Notes: a model not told the origin generated them from the letters alone. Counted from the stretch's first letter, positions 21,101-30,933 are shown. The stretch is DNA of 64,000 bases from Candidatus Anstonellales archaeon (GCA_038890745.1 JAWAFD010000001.1:156907-220906); one strand, 5' to 3'. Made by a program: numbers and translations.

Positions 21101-21171
21101 GCTCTCCCCCGGAGTTTAGTTTTTTATGCGTTCGTTTTTAAAATCTTCTGGACCTCACTTCCGCTAATTCT

Positions 21172-22347
21172 TTAAAGCTTCGTAAGCAGGTCGTACCTTT
21201 CATCCTCGCTCAAATTCAGTGAAAGAAGAAGCTCCTTCATTATTCTGTACCTATCCTCTTTTTCATAAAGCGCAGAGAGTTTTTTTGAGAATATCTTTAT
21301 TAGTGCAAACCTAAGTTTTCTTAGTAGTGTTATAACAAACTGAAATTCTCCCTCACCCTTTTTCAAAAACTCCTCCCCTTTTTCCGCCTCTTGAGTTCCT
21401 ATTATTGATATAACCCTTTTGTTCTTGAGCAAACCCATTTTTTTTATTTTCTCCACAATCTCCTGCGTTCCGATCTCTGCGGATGAAAACCCTGCGATCA
21501 AATCATCAACAGCCTTTATATTCTCTATATCCATACTCAATATGTTTGAGAATTTTATCTTTTCAGGAGGAACTTCTAAAATCTCTTCCCTGAACCTTTC
21601 CACGATACTCCTAGTGTAAGGAGGTAGAAGTGTCGTATCCATTTTCCCATCTTTTTTGAAGCTCTTTATTAATTCGAGCACATCCTCGCTTACATCTCTT
21701 ATGAAAAAAAGTAGAAGCGCTTCCCACTTTAACCTATCACTTTTTCCGGTGTATTCATCAAACTCTTTTTTCTCAAATATCCTCTCATATAAATCCTTTA
21801 TCCGCATTGCGATCAGCCGGCTGGATTGAAAATTACCAAACCTTTTCCTAAGCTCCTCGATTTTTTCGGGTTCTATTGGATAATCTTTTAGCATGTTGTA
21901 AATATCTATGAGCGTAGGGTCTGGGAAGAAAGAGTAGATGTCCTTATCTTCCTTTTCCATCTCTACATATACATCCATGGATATGAATGCAACCTCCTCA
22001 CCCAAAATATCTGAATTATCATATACATACTTATACTCTTCAACCGCTTTTTTCTCTTCACCCAATGAGGAGTATACCATAGCAAGTTTGTAATGTGCCT
22101 TTATGTTATCCGGCTCGCGCTCTATTACTTTCAACAGGTCCTCTCTCGCTTTTTTTAGGTATATACTCCTTTCTTCCAAAACCCTTGTAGAAAGTTTGTA
22201 GTATGTTGTTGCGCGGTTGTAAAGAATTTCGGGGTCTTCCTCAAAACTAACAGCCAAATCGTATGCTAGGTTCGCGTTTTTGTAATCGTTGTTTGCGTAG
22301 AACAGATTTCCCGCCGCATTGAACACCCTTGCATCCAAGGTTTCCAT
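21172..22347 (-). CDS. TPR-repeat protein
   Basis: N-terminal TPR-like helices (AHYKLAMVYSSLGEEKKAVEEY). Confidence 0.75.
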   Translation of the reverse strand: METLDARVFNAAGNLFYANNDYKNANLAYDLAVSFEEDPEILYNRATTYYKLSTRVLEERSIYLKKAREDLLKVIEREPDNIKAHYKLAMVYSSLGEEKKAVEEYKYVYDNSDILGEEVAFISMDVYVEMEKEDKDIYSFFPDPTLIDIYNMLKDYPIEPEKIEELRKRFGNFQSSRLIAMRIKDLYERIFEKKEFDEYTGKSDRLKWEALLLFFIRDVSEDVLELIKSFKKDGKMDTTLLPPYTRSIVERFREEILEVPPEKIKFSNILSMDIENIKAVDDLIAGFSSAEIGTQEIVEKIKKMGLLKNKRVISIIGTQEAEKGEEFLKKGEGEFQFVITLLRKLRFALIKIFSKKLSALYEKEDRYRIMKELLLSLNLSEDERYDLLTKL

Positions 22348-22387
22348 GGTTTTGATTGAGGGAGCATATTTTTAAATTATCTACATC

Positions 22388-22841
22388 CCTCGGGTCAAAC
22401 CACATAATAAATAAGATAGGGGGGTTGATAATAGGGGGGGTTAACTAATAAGTTGAGGTCCCCCCTGTTGTTTGGACTCGGAGGGATTTGAACCCTCTCC
22501 TCGGGTCAAACCACATAATAAATAAGATAGGGGGGTTGATAATAGGGGGGGTTAACTAATAAGTTGAGGTCCCCCCTGTTGTTTGGACTCGGAGGGATTT
22601 GAACCCTCTCCTCGGGTTAAATCCTCCTCTCTAACCCTTTTTGCTCCTATTACACTAGGGGTGGAAGCGCCAGGGGGATGAGAAAGAGTTAAAGCCCCCT
22701 GGGCTTTGGACTCGGAGGGATTTGAACCCTCTCCTCGGGTCAAATCCCATAATAAATAAGATAGGGGGGTTGACAATAGGGGGGTTAGCTAATAAGTTGA
22801 GGTCCCCCCTGTTGTTTGGACTCGGAGGGATTTGAACCCTC
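22388..22841 (-). repeat. array of tRNA-Ala 3'-half direct repeats separated by ~70-85-nt hairpin units
   Basis: TTTGGACTCGGAGGGATTTGAACCCTC at 22471, 22582, 22705 and 22815 (the last is the tRNA itself). Periods 111/123/110; partial end repeat CCTCGGGTCAAA at 22388. Confidence 0.93.
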
Positions 22842-22888
22842 GGCCTCTCCCGTGCGAGGGGAGCGATCTACCGCTGATCTACGAGCCC
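22817..22888 (-). tRNA. tRNA-Ala(CGC)
   Basis: GGGCTCG...CTCCC CTCGCAC GGGAG...GAGGG TTCAAAT CCCTC CGAGTCC A; G3:U70 alanine identity pair. Confidence 0.95.
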
Positions 22889-22947
22889 GGTACGTAAGAA
22901 ATAAGGTTTATAAGCATTCTGTTTTTAATCTTTACCGGGTGATTTTC

Positions 22948-23250
22948 ATGGCAAAGAAGAAAGCTGAGGCAAAAGGAAAGGACGATTTGGTGCTATTGTT
23001 TATAGGGTATATATTCTGGCTTGTTGCGTTGATTCTTTATGCTGTAAAGAAAGATGAGCTTAGCAGCTTTTCTAAATACCACTACATACAGGCAGTTGCG
23101 CTAGGTCTCATAGGTTTCGTTGTTAGCATTGTTACATTTGGTCTTGGCGGCATGCTTGTTTGGCTTTACATGGTCTATACAGGCTACCAGGTTTACTCGG
23201 GTAAGGACCCAAGACCCCTTGAAAAATACATTTCGAAATACGCAGAGTAA
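22948..23250 (+). CDS. small membrane protein (DUF4870-like)
   Basis: Three TM segments with KYHYIQA motif. Confidence 0.65.
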   Translation: MAKKKAEAKGKDDLVLLFIGYIFWLVALILYAVKKDELSSFSKYHYIQAVALGLIGFVVSIVTFGLGGMLVWLYMVYTGYQVYSGKDPRPLEKYISKYAE

Positions 23251-23306
23251 TTTTTTCTTTGCTTTTTCTTTTTCTATTTTTTCTCTATTCTCCATTATAA
23301 AAAAAT

Positions 23307-23628
23307 CGGGCCTGGTGGGACTCTCAGCCAAACCACCACATCCCCCCTAATAAAATAGGGGGTGGAGGCGTGATGCGGTGAAACAAGTGCGACCCAAAAG
23401 TTTAGGAGGGTTGGGTCGCACCGAAGCCCTCCGGGTTGTTTCATCGCATCAGTGATGCGGTGAAACAAGTGCGACCCAAAAGTTTAGGAGGGTTGGGTCG
23501 CACCGAAGCCCTCCGGGTTGTTTCACCCCATCAGGGGGATAAAAATGAGTTAAAGTCCCCCTGGGCTTTTGAACCCACGACCTTCAGCTTAGAAGGCTGT
23601 CGCTCTATCCAAGCTGAGCTACAGGCCC
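23307..23628 (-). tRNA. tRNA-Arg(TCT) with a 247-nt intron at 59/60 (intron 23321-23567)
   Basis: Exon 1 GGGCCTG...CTTCTAA...GTGGGTTCAAA, exon 2 TCCCACCAGGCCCG. BHB: TTCA/TGAG helix with AAA and AGT bulges. Confidence 0.87.
23370..23533. repeat. 82-bp tandem duplication of a nested hairpin inside the tRNA-Arg intron
   Basis: GTGATGCGGTGAAACAA...TTGTTTCATCGCATCA at 23370 and 23452; inner stem GTGCGACCCAA/TTGGGTCGCAC. Confidence 0.95.
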
Positions 23629-23670
23629 ATCGATTTAAGTAAGAATTATGCAGAAATCGTTTTTTTAAAC

Positions 23671-24288
23671 TTACCCATTTAACTCTTTCATAACCTCTCT
23701 TGCCTTGTTCCTCAAATTTAGGTTGGTTGTTATATCCTCCGTTCTATTCAATATACTTTTTAGAGAGTTTGTTTCTTCTGGATTTATTCTGTCTCTATGA
23801 TAAATCACACGCTCTATGATATATTCTTTTACATACCTTTGTACCTCTCTGTTTTCTAGAAGCATGGTAAGCGCTTCGAATGCATCGTGTGCTTTGTTTT
23901 TTGTTGTTGCATACGCAAGCCCATCAATTATTTCAAAAATCACTTCATCTATATCATGAAGGATCTCAGCCATTTTATACAGCTCAGATATTGCATATTT
24001 TTGTTTTTCTTCATCGTTATTGTTTAGATACAATACCATGGCATCAATTTTTTGTTTTATTTTGGTTATAGCTATTTCTCCGTTTTGCTTAACAATATCC
24101 CCAAGACCCTTTCCTACAGCAGCTTCCGCATGAAGCGGTTTTTCTATCGACATTTCTATAATTTTCGGTTTCTTATTCTCGCTACTCCCACCATCTCTTA
24201 TTTCTTCTTCAAGAATATTTTGCAGATATCTTTTTGGGGCGAATGGAACTTCTGTTTTTCTTATGTTCAAGGGTTTGCTTCTGTTCAT
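23671..24288 (-). CDS. hypothetical protein (HEAT-like helical C-terminus)
   Basis: 205-aa ORF with an upstream TATA; no firm family. Confidence 0.55.
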   Translation of the reverse strand: MNRSKPLNIRKTEVPFAPKRYLQNILEEEIRDGGSSENKKPKIIEMSIEKPLHAEAAVGKGLGDIVKQNGEIAITKIKQKIDAMVLYLNNNDEEKQKYAISELYKMAEILHDIDEVIFEIIDGLAYATTKNKAHDAFEALTMLLENREVQRYVKEYIIERVIYHRDRINPEETNSLKSILNRTEDITTNLNLRNKAREVMKELNG

Positions 24289-24372
24289 AGTTATAATATA
24301 TGTTAAAAAATGTATTTAAACATTTCGGTTTGCGCTTGTTTTTAAACATTATATAATTAAATAATACATACT

Positions 24373-25359
24373 ATGGTTGTTCAAATTCCTGATTGGGTAA
24401 AAGAAAAGTTGGAGCACATGCACTATGGGATTGCGGGCAGACATTCTGCCGTTGAGATCTGCGCATGGACAAAAAAAGCCCTGCGGGGAAAAGGGGTCTG
24501 CTACAAGCAAAAATTCTACGGAATAGATTGCCATCGCTGCGCCCAGGTTTCTCCGGCAGTTGTTTTCTGTCAGCAGAACTGCATTTTCTGCTGGAGGCCC
24601 ATGGAGTTTATGAAAAAAATTGAAATGAAAAAAGACGATGTTGATCCGCCGGAAAAAATAATCGGAGAAATTGTTAAGCAGAGAAAAAGGCTTCTCTCGG
24701 GAATAGGTGGAGCCCATGATGCCAATTCAAAACTCTGGAAAGAATCCTTCGAGCTTTTCCCCTCTCACTGGGCGATAAGTTTGAGCGGAGAGCCAACACT
24801 CTACCCTCTTCTTCCTGAACTTGTAAAAGAACTGAAAAAGCATAAGGAAGTAAAAAGCATTTTCATAGTAACTAATGGGCAGGAGCCAAGAATGCTGGAA
24901 AAACTATGGAAGGAAAATGCCCTCCCCACTCAACTGTACATAAGCTTGGATGCGCCGAACAAAACACTTTTCAAAAAAATAAACAAATCTCTATACAAAG
25001 ATGGTTGGGAAAGGCTGAACAGAACCCTTTCGCTCTTTGCAAAAATACCCACCCGCCGCGTAATTCGGTTTACAGTAATAAAAGGGTTGAATGATGATGA
25101 AAAGTATTTCCCGCAGTATGCAAAACTATTCGAAAAAAGCAAACCTGATTTTATCGAGATCAAAGCTTACATGTGGTTAGGGTATTCGAGAGAAAGGTTG
25201 AAAATAGAGAATATGCCGCGGCATCATGAGATTCAAAAACTCAGCGAAAAACTTTTGGAGTTTTTACCAAACTACGAGTACATGGACGAGCAGGAGGAGA
25301 GCAGGGTTGTTGTGCTAAAAAGAAAGGATTCGAAGTTTGGAAGGGGGATATTTCGATAA
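24373..25359 (+). CDS. taw1: 4-demethylwyosine synthase (radical SAM) Taw1/Tyw1
   Basis: CYKQKFYGI, CQQNCIFCWR, AISLSGEPTLYP. Confidence 0.95.
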   Translation: MVVQIPDWVKEKLEHMHYGIAGRHSAVEICAWTKKALRGKGVCYKQKFYGIDCHRCAQVSPAVVFCQQNCIFCWRPMEFMKKIEMKKDDVDPPEKIIGEIVKQRKRLLSGIGGAHDANSKLWKESFELFPSHWAISLSGEPTLYPLLPELVKELKKHKEVKSIFIVTNGQEPRMLEKLWKENALPTQLYISLDAPNKTLFKKINKSLYKDGWERLNRTLSLFAKIPTRRVIRFTVIKGLNDDEKYFPQYAKLFEKSKPDFIEIKAYMWLGYSRERLKIENMPRHHEIQKLSEKLLEFLPNYEYMDEQEESRVVVLKRKDSKFGRGIFR

Positions 25360-25401
25360 TTTTCGAAACATTTAAAAATAAGTTTATATAAAAATAGAAA
25401 C

Positions 25402-25992
25402 ATGCTGAAAAAAGAGATAATTTACAGGGAGATTCTTTCTAAAGCCATAGAAGAAAGAGTGTTTTCATTCACCCAGCTTTGGCTTTCTAAAAAATTCAGG
25501 TTTTCTCTGAGCACAGTGAACAATGCCCTCAAACCATTGGAGAGCATCGGTGCAATTGAAAAAAGAAAAAGGTCGTTTGCAATTATAGATACAAAAAAGG
25601 CGTTGCTGTACTGGGCATCAGAAAGAAACTTGGAAAAGGATATTTGCTATGCTACAAGAACAGATCTGCCCGTGGTAAGAGCTGAAGCATCCATGCCCGC
25701 AAGTGTTATTTTTACCGCATATTCAGGATACAGGATGGCATTTAATGATGTACCGGCAGATTACAGCGAGGTTTATGTTTACGCTGGTAAGAAAACTATC
25801 GAGGAAATAAAGGAGAGATTTCCTAAGAAGAAGGGGCCGCCAAATATTTTTGTTCTTACAGCCGACAATTTTTTGCTTAAAAGAAAAAAATTTATAGCTC
25901 CACTCCCGCAGATTTTTGTGGATTTGTGGAACCTTAAAGAGTGGTACGCTAGGGATTTTGTGAATGCATTTATGGATAAGGTGAGGGTATGA
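25402..25992 (+). CDS. wHTH protein, AbiEi-like antitoxin candidate
   Basis: N-terminal HTH (FTQLWLSKKFRFSLSTVNNAL); C-terminal PQIFVDLWN; overlaps the downstream NTase gene. Confidence 0.65.
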   Translation: MLKKEIIYREILSKAIEERVFSFTQLWLSKKFRFSLSTVNNALKPLESIGAIEKRKRSFAIIDTKKALLYWASERNLEKDICYATRTDLPVVRAEASMPASVIFTAYSGYRMAFNDVPADYSEVYVYAGKKTIEEIKERFPKKKGPPNIFVLTADNFLLKRKKFIAPLPQIFVDLWNLKEWYARDFVNAFMDKVRV

Positions 25993-26612
25993 AGCCAAAG
26001 GAATTCTGGAGTGAGATGGTAACAAGAAAAAGCTTTGAGAAACTTTTAGAGCTGACCAAAGACTACCCTGTTGTTGTTATCGGAGGATGGGCGGTCTATC
26101 TCTGGACAAAAATTCATAAATCAAAGGATATAGCCCTCGTAGTTGATTATGATACTCTCTTAGCGATGAGGGGAAGGTACTCGGTAGAAAAAAATGAACG
26201 TTTGAAAAAATACGAAATAAAAATGGAAGGTTTTGATGTTGATCTTTATCTTCCATCCTACTCAAAACTCGCTGTGCCTGTAGAGGTTATATTAGAGAAC
26301 GTTTCTAGTGTGGAAGGTATAAAAGTTCCATCCCCAGAGGTTCTTCTCATACTAAAACAATGTGCCGAGATAGAAAGGAGGGGGTCTATAAAAGGGAAAA
26401 AAGACCTGATAGATATTGCAACCCTTTTGATGAACTGCGAGTTTGATGTGAAAAAGTATAGAAGCATTTTAAAAAAACAAAAAATAGAGTATTTTGAGGA
26501 TGAACTTTTTAGAGAGATAAACAGTTTAACCGACAGGGACATGGTATATCTTGGTGTTAATCTAAAAGAATTTACAAAATGGAAAAGAAATTTTTTTGAA
26601 AAGTTTAAATGA
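25989..26612 (+). CDS. nucleotidyltransferase-fold protein, AbiEii-like
   Basis: VVIGGWAV, SKDI, LLILK, KDLID motifs. Confidence 0.7.
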   Translation: MKPKEFWSEMVTRKSFEKLLELTKDYPVVVIGGWAVYLWTKIHKSKDIALVVDYDTLLAMRGRYSVEKNERLKKYEIKMEGFDVDLYLPSYSKLAVPVEVILENVSSVEGIKVPSPEVLLILKQCAEIERRGSIKGKKDLIDIATLLMNCEFDVKKYRSILKKQKIEYFEDELFREINSLTDRDMVYLGVNLKEFTKWKRNFFEKFK

Positions 26613-26617
26613 GCCTT

Positions 26618-27307
26618 CTATTTATTCAATATTTTTCTCATCTCCCTCGCGTTGTTCAGCATATCATGGTTGTTGTTAAAGAAAATATAAGCGTATTTTG
26701 GGTTTGCTTTTTTTATCCTTTCAGCAATTTCTTCCAGCTCCTCCCGAGAATAATTATAGGAATACCAGCTCCCCCTTCCATGCATTCTCAAATAAACAAA
26801 GTCTGTAGTTTTGTAGATCTCCCGAGAAAACTCAGGCGCATCTATGGAAACCCAAGTGATTCTATTCTTTTTTGCCCACTCCAAATTTTCCGGCGAAAAC
26901 CATTTTTCATTCCTAACCTCGAGCGCAAATTTCTCTTTTAATTTTGTGAATCTTGCGAATTTTTCAATTTTTGTTTTCATCTGCGGGGTAGAATTCGGCG
27001 GAAGCTGAAATAGATAAAAATCGATACTCTTATCCAGCGGGGAAAAAATCTCCTCAAACCTTTTCCATGTGTGCTTTGCCCTTTCTCCAAACTTGAAAAC
27101 ATGCGTGATAAGCCGGTTAACCTTTACAGCCCATCTGATGTTTTTCGTTTTCTTTGCCCATCCTTTTACTTGGCTTGGAAACGGAAAACGATAAAAGCTT
27201 GCGTTTATTTCAACAGCATTCAATTCTGAATTTTCAACATACCATTGAAAATTTCCTCCTTCATTCCATCCATATGCCCAGCCGGATGTCCCAACAAAAA
27301 CCTTCAT
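26618..27307 (-). CDS. DUF72 family protein
   Basis: VGTSGWAY, VEINASFY, FQLPP, YLRMHG, FFNN. Confidence 0.92.
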   Translation of the reverse strand: MKVFVGTSGWAYGWNEGGNFQWYVENSELNAVEINASFYRFPFPSQVKGWAKKTKNIRWAVKVNRLITHVFKFGERAKHTWKRFEEIFSPLDKSIDFYLFQLPPNSTPQMKTKIEKFARFTKLKEKFALEVRNEKWFSPENLEWAKKNRITWVSIDAPEFSREIYKTTDFVYLRMHGRGSWYSYNYSREELEEIAERIKKANPKYAYIFFNNNHDMLNNAREMRKILNK

Positions 27308-28277
27308 TCTCTCAGATTTTTTCCTACCGATAGATTTTTAAACCCCTTCATCAATAAAATTAAGCCTGCTGCATGTGTTTGTCTATTGCGGCTCATCTTT
27401 CGTCTAGATTGATGGTAATGAGGATGAAGAGCGAGCAAATTTAGGATGTGCTGTTATTAGAACCCGCTTAGTGGATGGCTTGGCTGAGGCAAGCATGGCT
27501 CCGTGGCAAGCTGCGATAAGCCTAGGGTAGCCGCATGCAGGCTGTAATCCTAGGATCGGGCTGTGCACAGGAATGTGCAACAACCCCGGGAAATGAAGCA
27601 TCTTAGTACCGGGTGGAAAAGAAAGCAACTGCGATCCGGGTAGTAATGGCGAATGAACCCCGGACAGACCGTCACGAATGGCCCGTAGTAATACGGGTAC
27701 AGATGTGTGGGGGAGCATCCTTTCTCTGACTCAAAGTTCCCTGGAACGGGACGCCAAAGAGGGTGAAAGCCCCGTAGAGGAAGGAGAGAGGAGCGATCCA
27801 GATGAGTACCGTGCTCTGGCTGAGCTCGGGAAGATGGGGGTACTAACCTCCAAGTCTAAATATGTGCCTCAGACCGATAGCGAATTAGTAGCGCGAGCGA
27901 ACGCTGAAAAGCACCCCGGAAGGGGGGTTAAAAGAGCCTGAAACTATGCGGGGACAGGCAGCCAGGGCTCAAAAGGTTGGCCTGCTGAACTTCCTGTTCG
28001 AGAGGGCAGGTTGGAGGCAGGTGTTCCAGAGTTCTGGCATTCTTCTCGAAGCAAGAGCCAGGGAGTTACTTGCGGTGGCGAGCTGAAAGGCGAAGCGAAA
28101 GCAAAAGCCCGCAGGAAACGAGGGGCGTCCTCTTAACCGGGGACCAGTCACCGCATGCAGACCCGAAGCCCGTTGCGAACTACGCCCGAGCAGGGTGAAG
28201 CCAGCCGTCAGGTTGGTCGAGGCCCGCAACTAGTGGTGGTATATTCCCCTTAGGTGACTCGGGTGTAGGGGTGAAAG

Positions 28278-28325
28278 ACAGCGGTTCTTTTCAGGTTTTT
28301 AGGAAGGGAAGAACCGCTGGTCAAA
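28278..28325 (+). other. 48-nt BHB mini-intron in 23S
   Basis: Removal restores GGGGTGAAAG|TCCAATCG; stem CAGCGGTTCTT/AAGAACCGCTG; AGA and AAT bulges; central helix has one mismatch. Confidence 0.82.
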
Positions 28326-28855
28326 TCCAATCGAGCCGGGTGATAGCGGGTTCCTTCCGAGATGAGTCTCAGCTCAGCGTCGCCGGAGCTTGAAGGTGGG
28401 GTAGAGCACCGATTAGGGAGTAAGGGGGAGAAATCCCTCCCTTCCTTATCGAACTCCGAATCTACCTTCGGCGTAGATGGCGGCAGTGGGGTTCCTCGGG
28501 GTAAGCTTGAGGGCCATTACGGGAACGACCGTACGCGGGGCTAAGGACCCTAAGTGCTGGCTAAGTGTGAATCTTAAAGGAGGCCCCTCCCCAAGACAGC
28601 TGGGAGGTAGGCTTAGAAGCAGCCACCCTCCAAACAACGCGTAATAGCGGACCAGTCGAGGGAGCGGTCTCTAAAAATTTACGGGGCTAAGCCAGCCTCC
28701 GATTCCCCGCCCCTCCGAAAGGAGAGGAGTAGGAAGGCGTCCGGATTGCGGAGAAGTAAGGGCGTGAGCTCTTATGGAGCAATCTGGAATGAATATCCTG
28801 GCGCTAGTAGCAGCATATCCAGGTGAGAATCCTGGAGGGCTGATAGGGCACGGTT

Positions 28856-28886
<31 letters not shown>

Positions 28887-28931
28887 ACGCTGGTAGTTCA
28901 GGTTTTTAGGAAGGGACTACCAGCGGACCAA
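28887..28931 (+). other. 45-nt BHB mini-intron in 23S
   Basis: Removal restores GGGTTAG|GCGGTCCTAAG; GGTT/GACC helix with AGA and AAG bulges; stem CGCTGGTAGT/ACTACCAGCG. Confidence 0.88.
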
Positions 28932-29475
28932 GCGGTCCTAAGCGCACCCCTAATCGGAAGTGCGCGAAAGGGAAGCGGGTTAATATTCCCGCCCCATGAA
29001 GATAGGCGCGGCAACGCAAGGGGTTTTGCTGACGCCTTGGGATAGGTTCAGCGGAAGAGATTCCGTCTAAAGAGGATAGAACTGCAGAGTCTCATTGTGA
29101 GGAGAAGCAGTTCAAACTCTTATGGGGAAACTGGACTGATTCCTGGGGCCCATGAAAAGGCAAAACCCAACGATTCTTCATGCCCGTACCTAGAACTAGT
29201 ACAGGTGCCCCTAGCTGAAAAGGCTCAGCCCTGTAGGGAGAACCCAAGCGAGGGAATTCGGCAAGTTAGCTCCGTATCCTCGGTAGAAGGAGTGCCTGCT
29301 TTCGATGAGAAGGCAGGTGGCACTGACAAGGGGGGAGCGACTGTTTATCAAAAACACAGGTCATCGCAAAGCAGAAATGCCTAGTACGATGGCCGACGCC
29401 TGCTCACTGCTGGTACCTGAAAGCCCGGTTCAACGGGAAGAAGGGCCAGTAAAGAGCGGAGGTAACTCTGACCTT

Positions 29476-30181
29476 CAACCTAAGGAGGTCGTAAAATCTG
29501 GCTATATGCTGGGAACCCAGATGGTTCGCACTACATAGAATGTGAAAATGTGCGAATCGATGAGGGCAATCAGCAGGAAACTTCTAAACCTAAAAAAGAG
29601 GTGGTTGTATGAAAAAATATGCGCAGCTGAGTAAGCTGTTTAAAAAAGGAAAGTACCTAGCCTACTATTTGGTTGGGTTCGTTGATGCCGAAGGATGCTT
29701 CAGCGTGGCTCTGAAAAAGCAAGAGGGAACAAGGTTCGGATGGGTATTAGACCCAGTGTTTCATATTACGCAGCATGAAAGTGCAAGAGATGTTCTTGAG
29801 CTTGCTAGAGCCCATCTAAAATGCGGGCGAATAATCCAAAAACCTGGTCAAGAAGAAACCTTGCAGCTCGTGGTTGATAACAGAAAACAACTTGCAGAAA
29901 AAATAATACCGTTCTTTACTAAGCACAAGCTTTTAGTAAAAGCTAAAGACTTCGAGCTTTTCAAGGAGATTGTACTTGGATTGGAGAGAAAGGAACATTC
30001 CACGCTGGAAGGATTTAAGCGGCTGTTGAAGCTTGCCTTCTCAATGAATATGGAAGGGAAGCAGAGAAGGTATGATTTGGAAGAGGTGATAAAAGGTTTA
30101 GGAGGATCCTCAGAGACTCTACGCCAGACGCCATAGTGCGATGATAGAGTCCAATCCACACAGTAATGTGTGATAAGATTG
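29476..30181 (+). mobile_element. group I intron in 23S (approx. E. coli position 1923) with homing endonuclease
   Basis: Exon ends in U (GACCTT) and pairs with IGS GAGGTC. Core elements present: P (ATATGCTGGG), Q (AATCAGCAGG), R (TCAGAGACTCT), S (GATAGAGTCC). Terminal G precedes CTTAAGGTAGCG. Confidence 0.9.
29609..30136 (+). CDS. single-motif LAGLIDADG homing endonuclease (group I intron)
   Basis: YLVGFVDAEGCF, FHITQ; GAGGTG Shine-Dalgarno upstream. Confidence 0.92.
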   Translation: MKKYAQLSKLFKKGKYLAYYLVGFVDAEGCFSVALKKQEGTRFGWVLDPVFHITQHESARDVLELARAHLKCGRIIQKPGQEETLQLVVDNRKQLAEKIIPFFTKHKLLVKAKDFELFKEIVLGLERKEHSTLEGFKRLLKLAFSMNMEGKQRRYDLEEVIKGLGGSSETLRQTP

Positions 30182-30221
30182 CTTAAGGTAGCGTAATACC
30201 TCGCCGCTTAATTGGCGGCTT

Positions 30222-30933
30222 AAGAGCATGCCTCCTTACTCTGGAAGCGAAGCGTCGTAAAGTATTTAACCGCAGCAGTGAAAAGAGTATCATGAAAAAC
30301 CTCTCTTATCTCCTCGGCGTTTTAAGAGACGGTTCGTTGCCAACGTGCAGGGAAAAAGCCGAAGTTACCCTTGCAGCCGATTATTCAAGAGATTGGCTCG
30401 TTATGATTGCAAAGATGGCCAGTGTAGAATTTTCAATTCCGCTGAAAAGATTCAAAATTTATAAAGTGTGGGCAAACAAGAGCAAGAGATATTGTTTTCG
30501 TCTTAAAGTATATTCAAAAGAGCTTTACGAACTACTGCTTAGGTATTATCCAGCAGGAAGTCAAATTTACTGGAAAACACCTGCTGTGGTAAAAACCTCT
30601 TTTGAGAATAGACTTGCCTATCTTGCTGGATTTTATGATGCAGAAGGTGGATGCAGAAATGCTGAACGTTTCGTAAATGGATTTACAAAAAGTTTTCAGT
30701 GCTGGTGTTCAATAAGGTGCAAACATTATTTTTCCCCAAATGAGCCTTTGTTGTTCTTAAAAAATGTGCTGCAGGGTATGAATGTGACTTCGAGCATTTA
30801 CGATTCTGACGAGTTGGTTTTAACGGGCATTAAAAATATTAAGAGATTTTACACTCTTGTGCCTTTAAAACATCAGAAAAAGAAAAAAGACTTGGAAAAT
30901 ATGATTCTTTTTTCAGAGGCATGCTCTGCCGAA
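30222..30933 (+). mobile_element. 712-nt BHB intron in 23S with homing endonuclease
   Basis: CGGC/GCCG helix, TTA and AAG bulges, AGAGCATGCCTC/GAGGCATGCTCT stem; removal restores GCGGCTT|GCATGAATGG. Confidence 0.9.

Noticed and set aside
22388..22841. Canonical CRISPR array
   Set aside because: The repeat is a tRNA 3' half, the spacers are too long and mostly identical, and there are no cas genes in the window.
22552..22947. ORFs 22552-22776, the 5' part of 22816-23250, and 23436-23642
   Set aside because: They are translations of tRNA or repeat sequence.
23370..23533. Hammerhead ribozyme (CTGATG...GAAAC on the minus strand)
   Set aside because: The core reads CUGAUGC/CUGAUGG rather than CUGANGA, there is no room for stem II, and these bases are paired in the outer stem.
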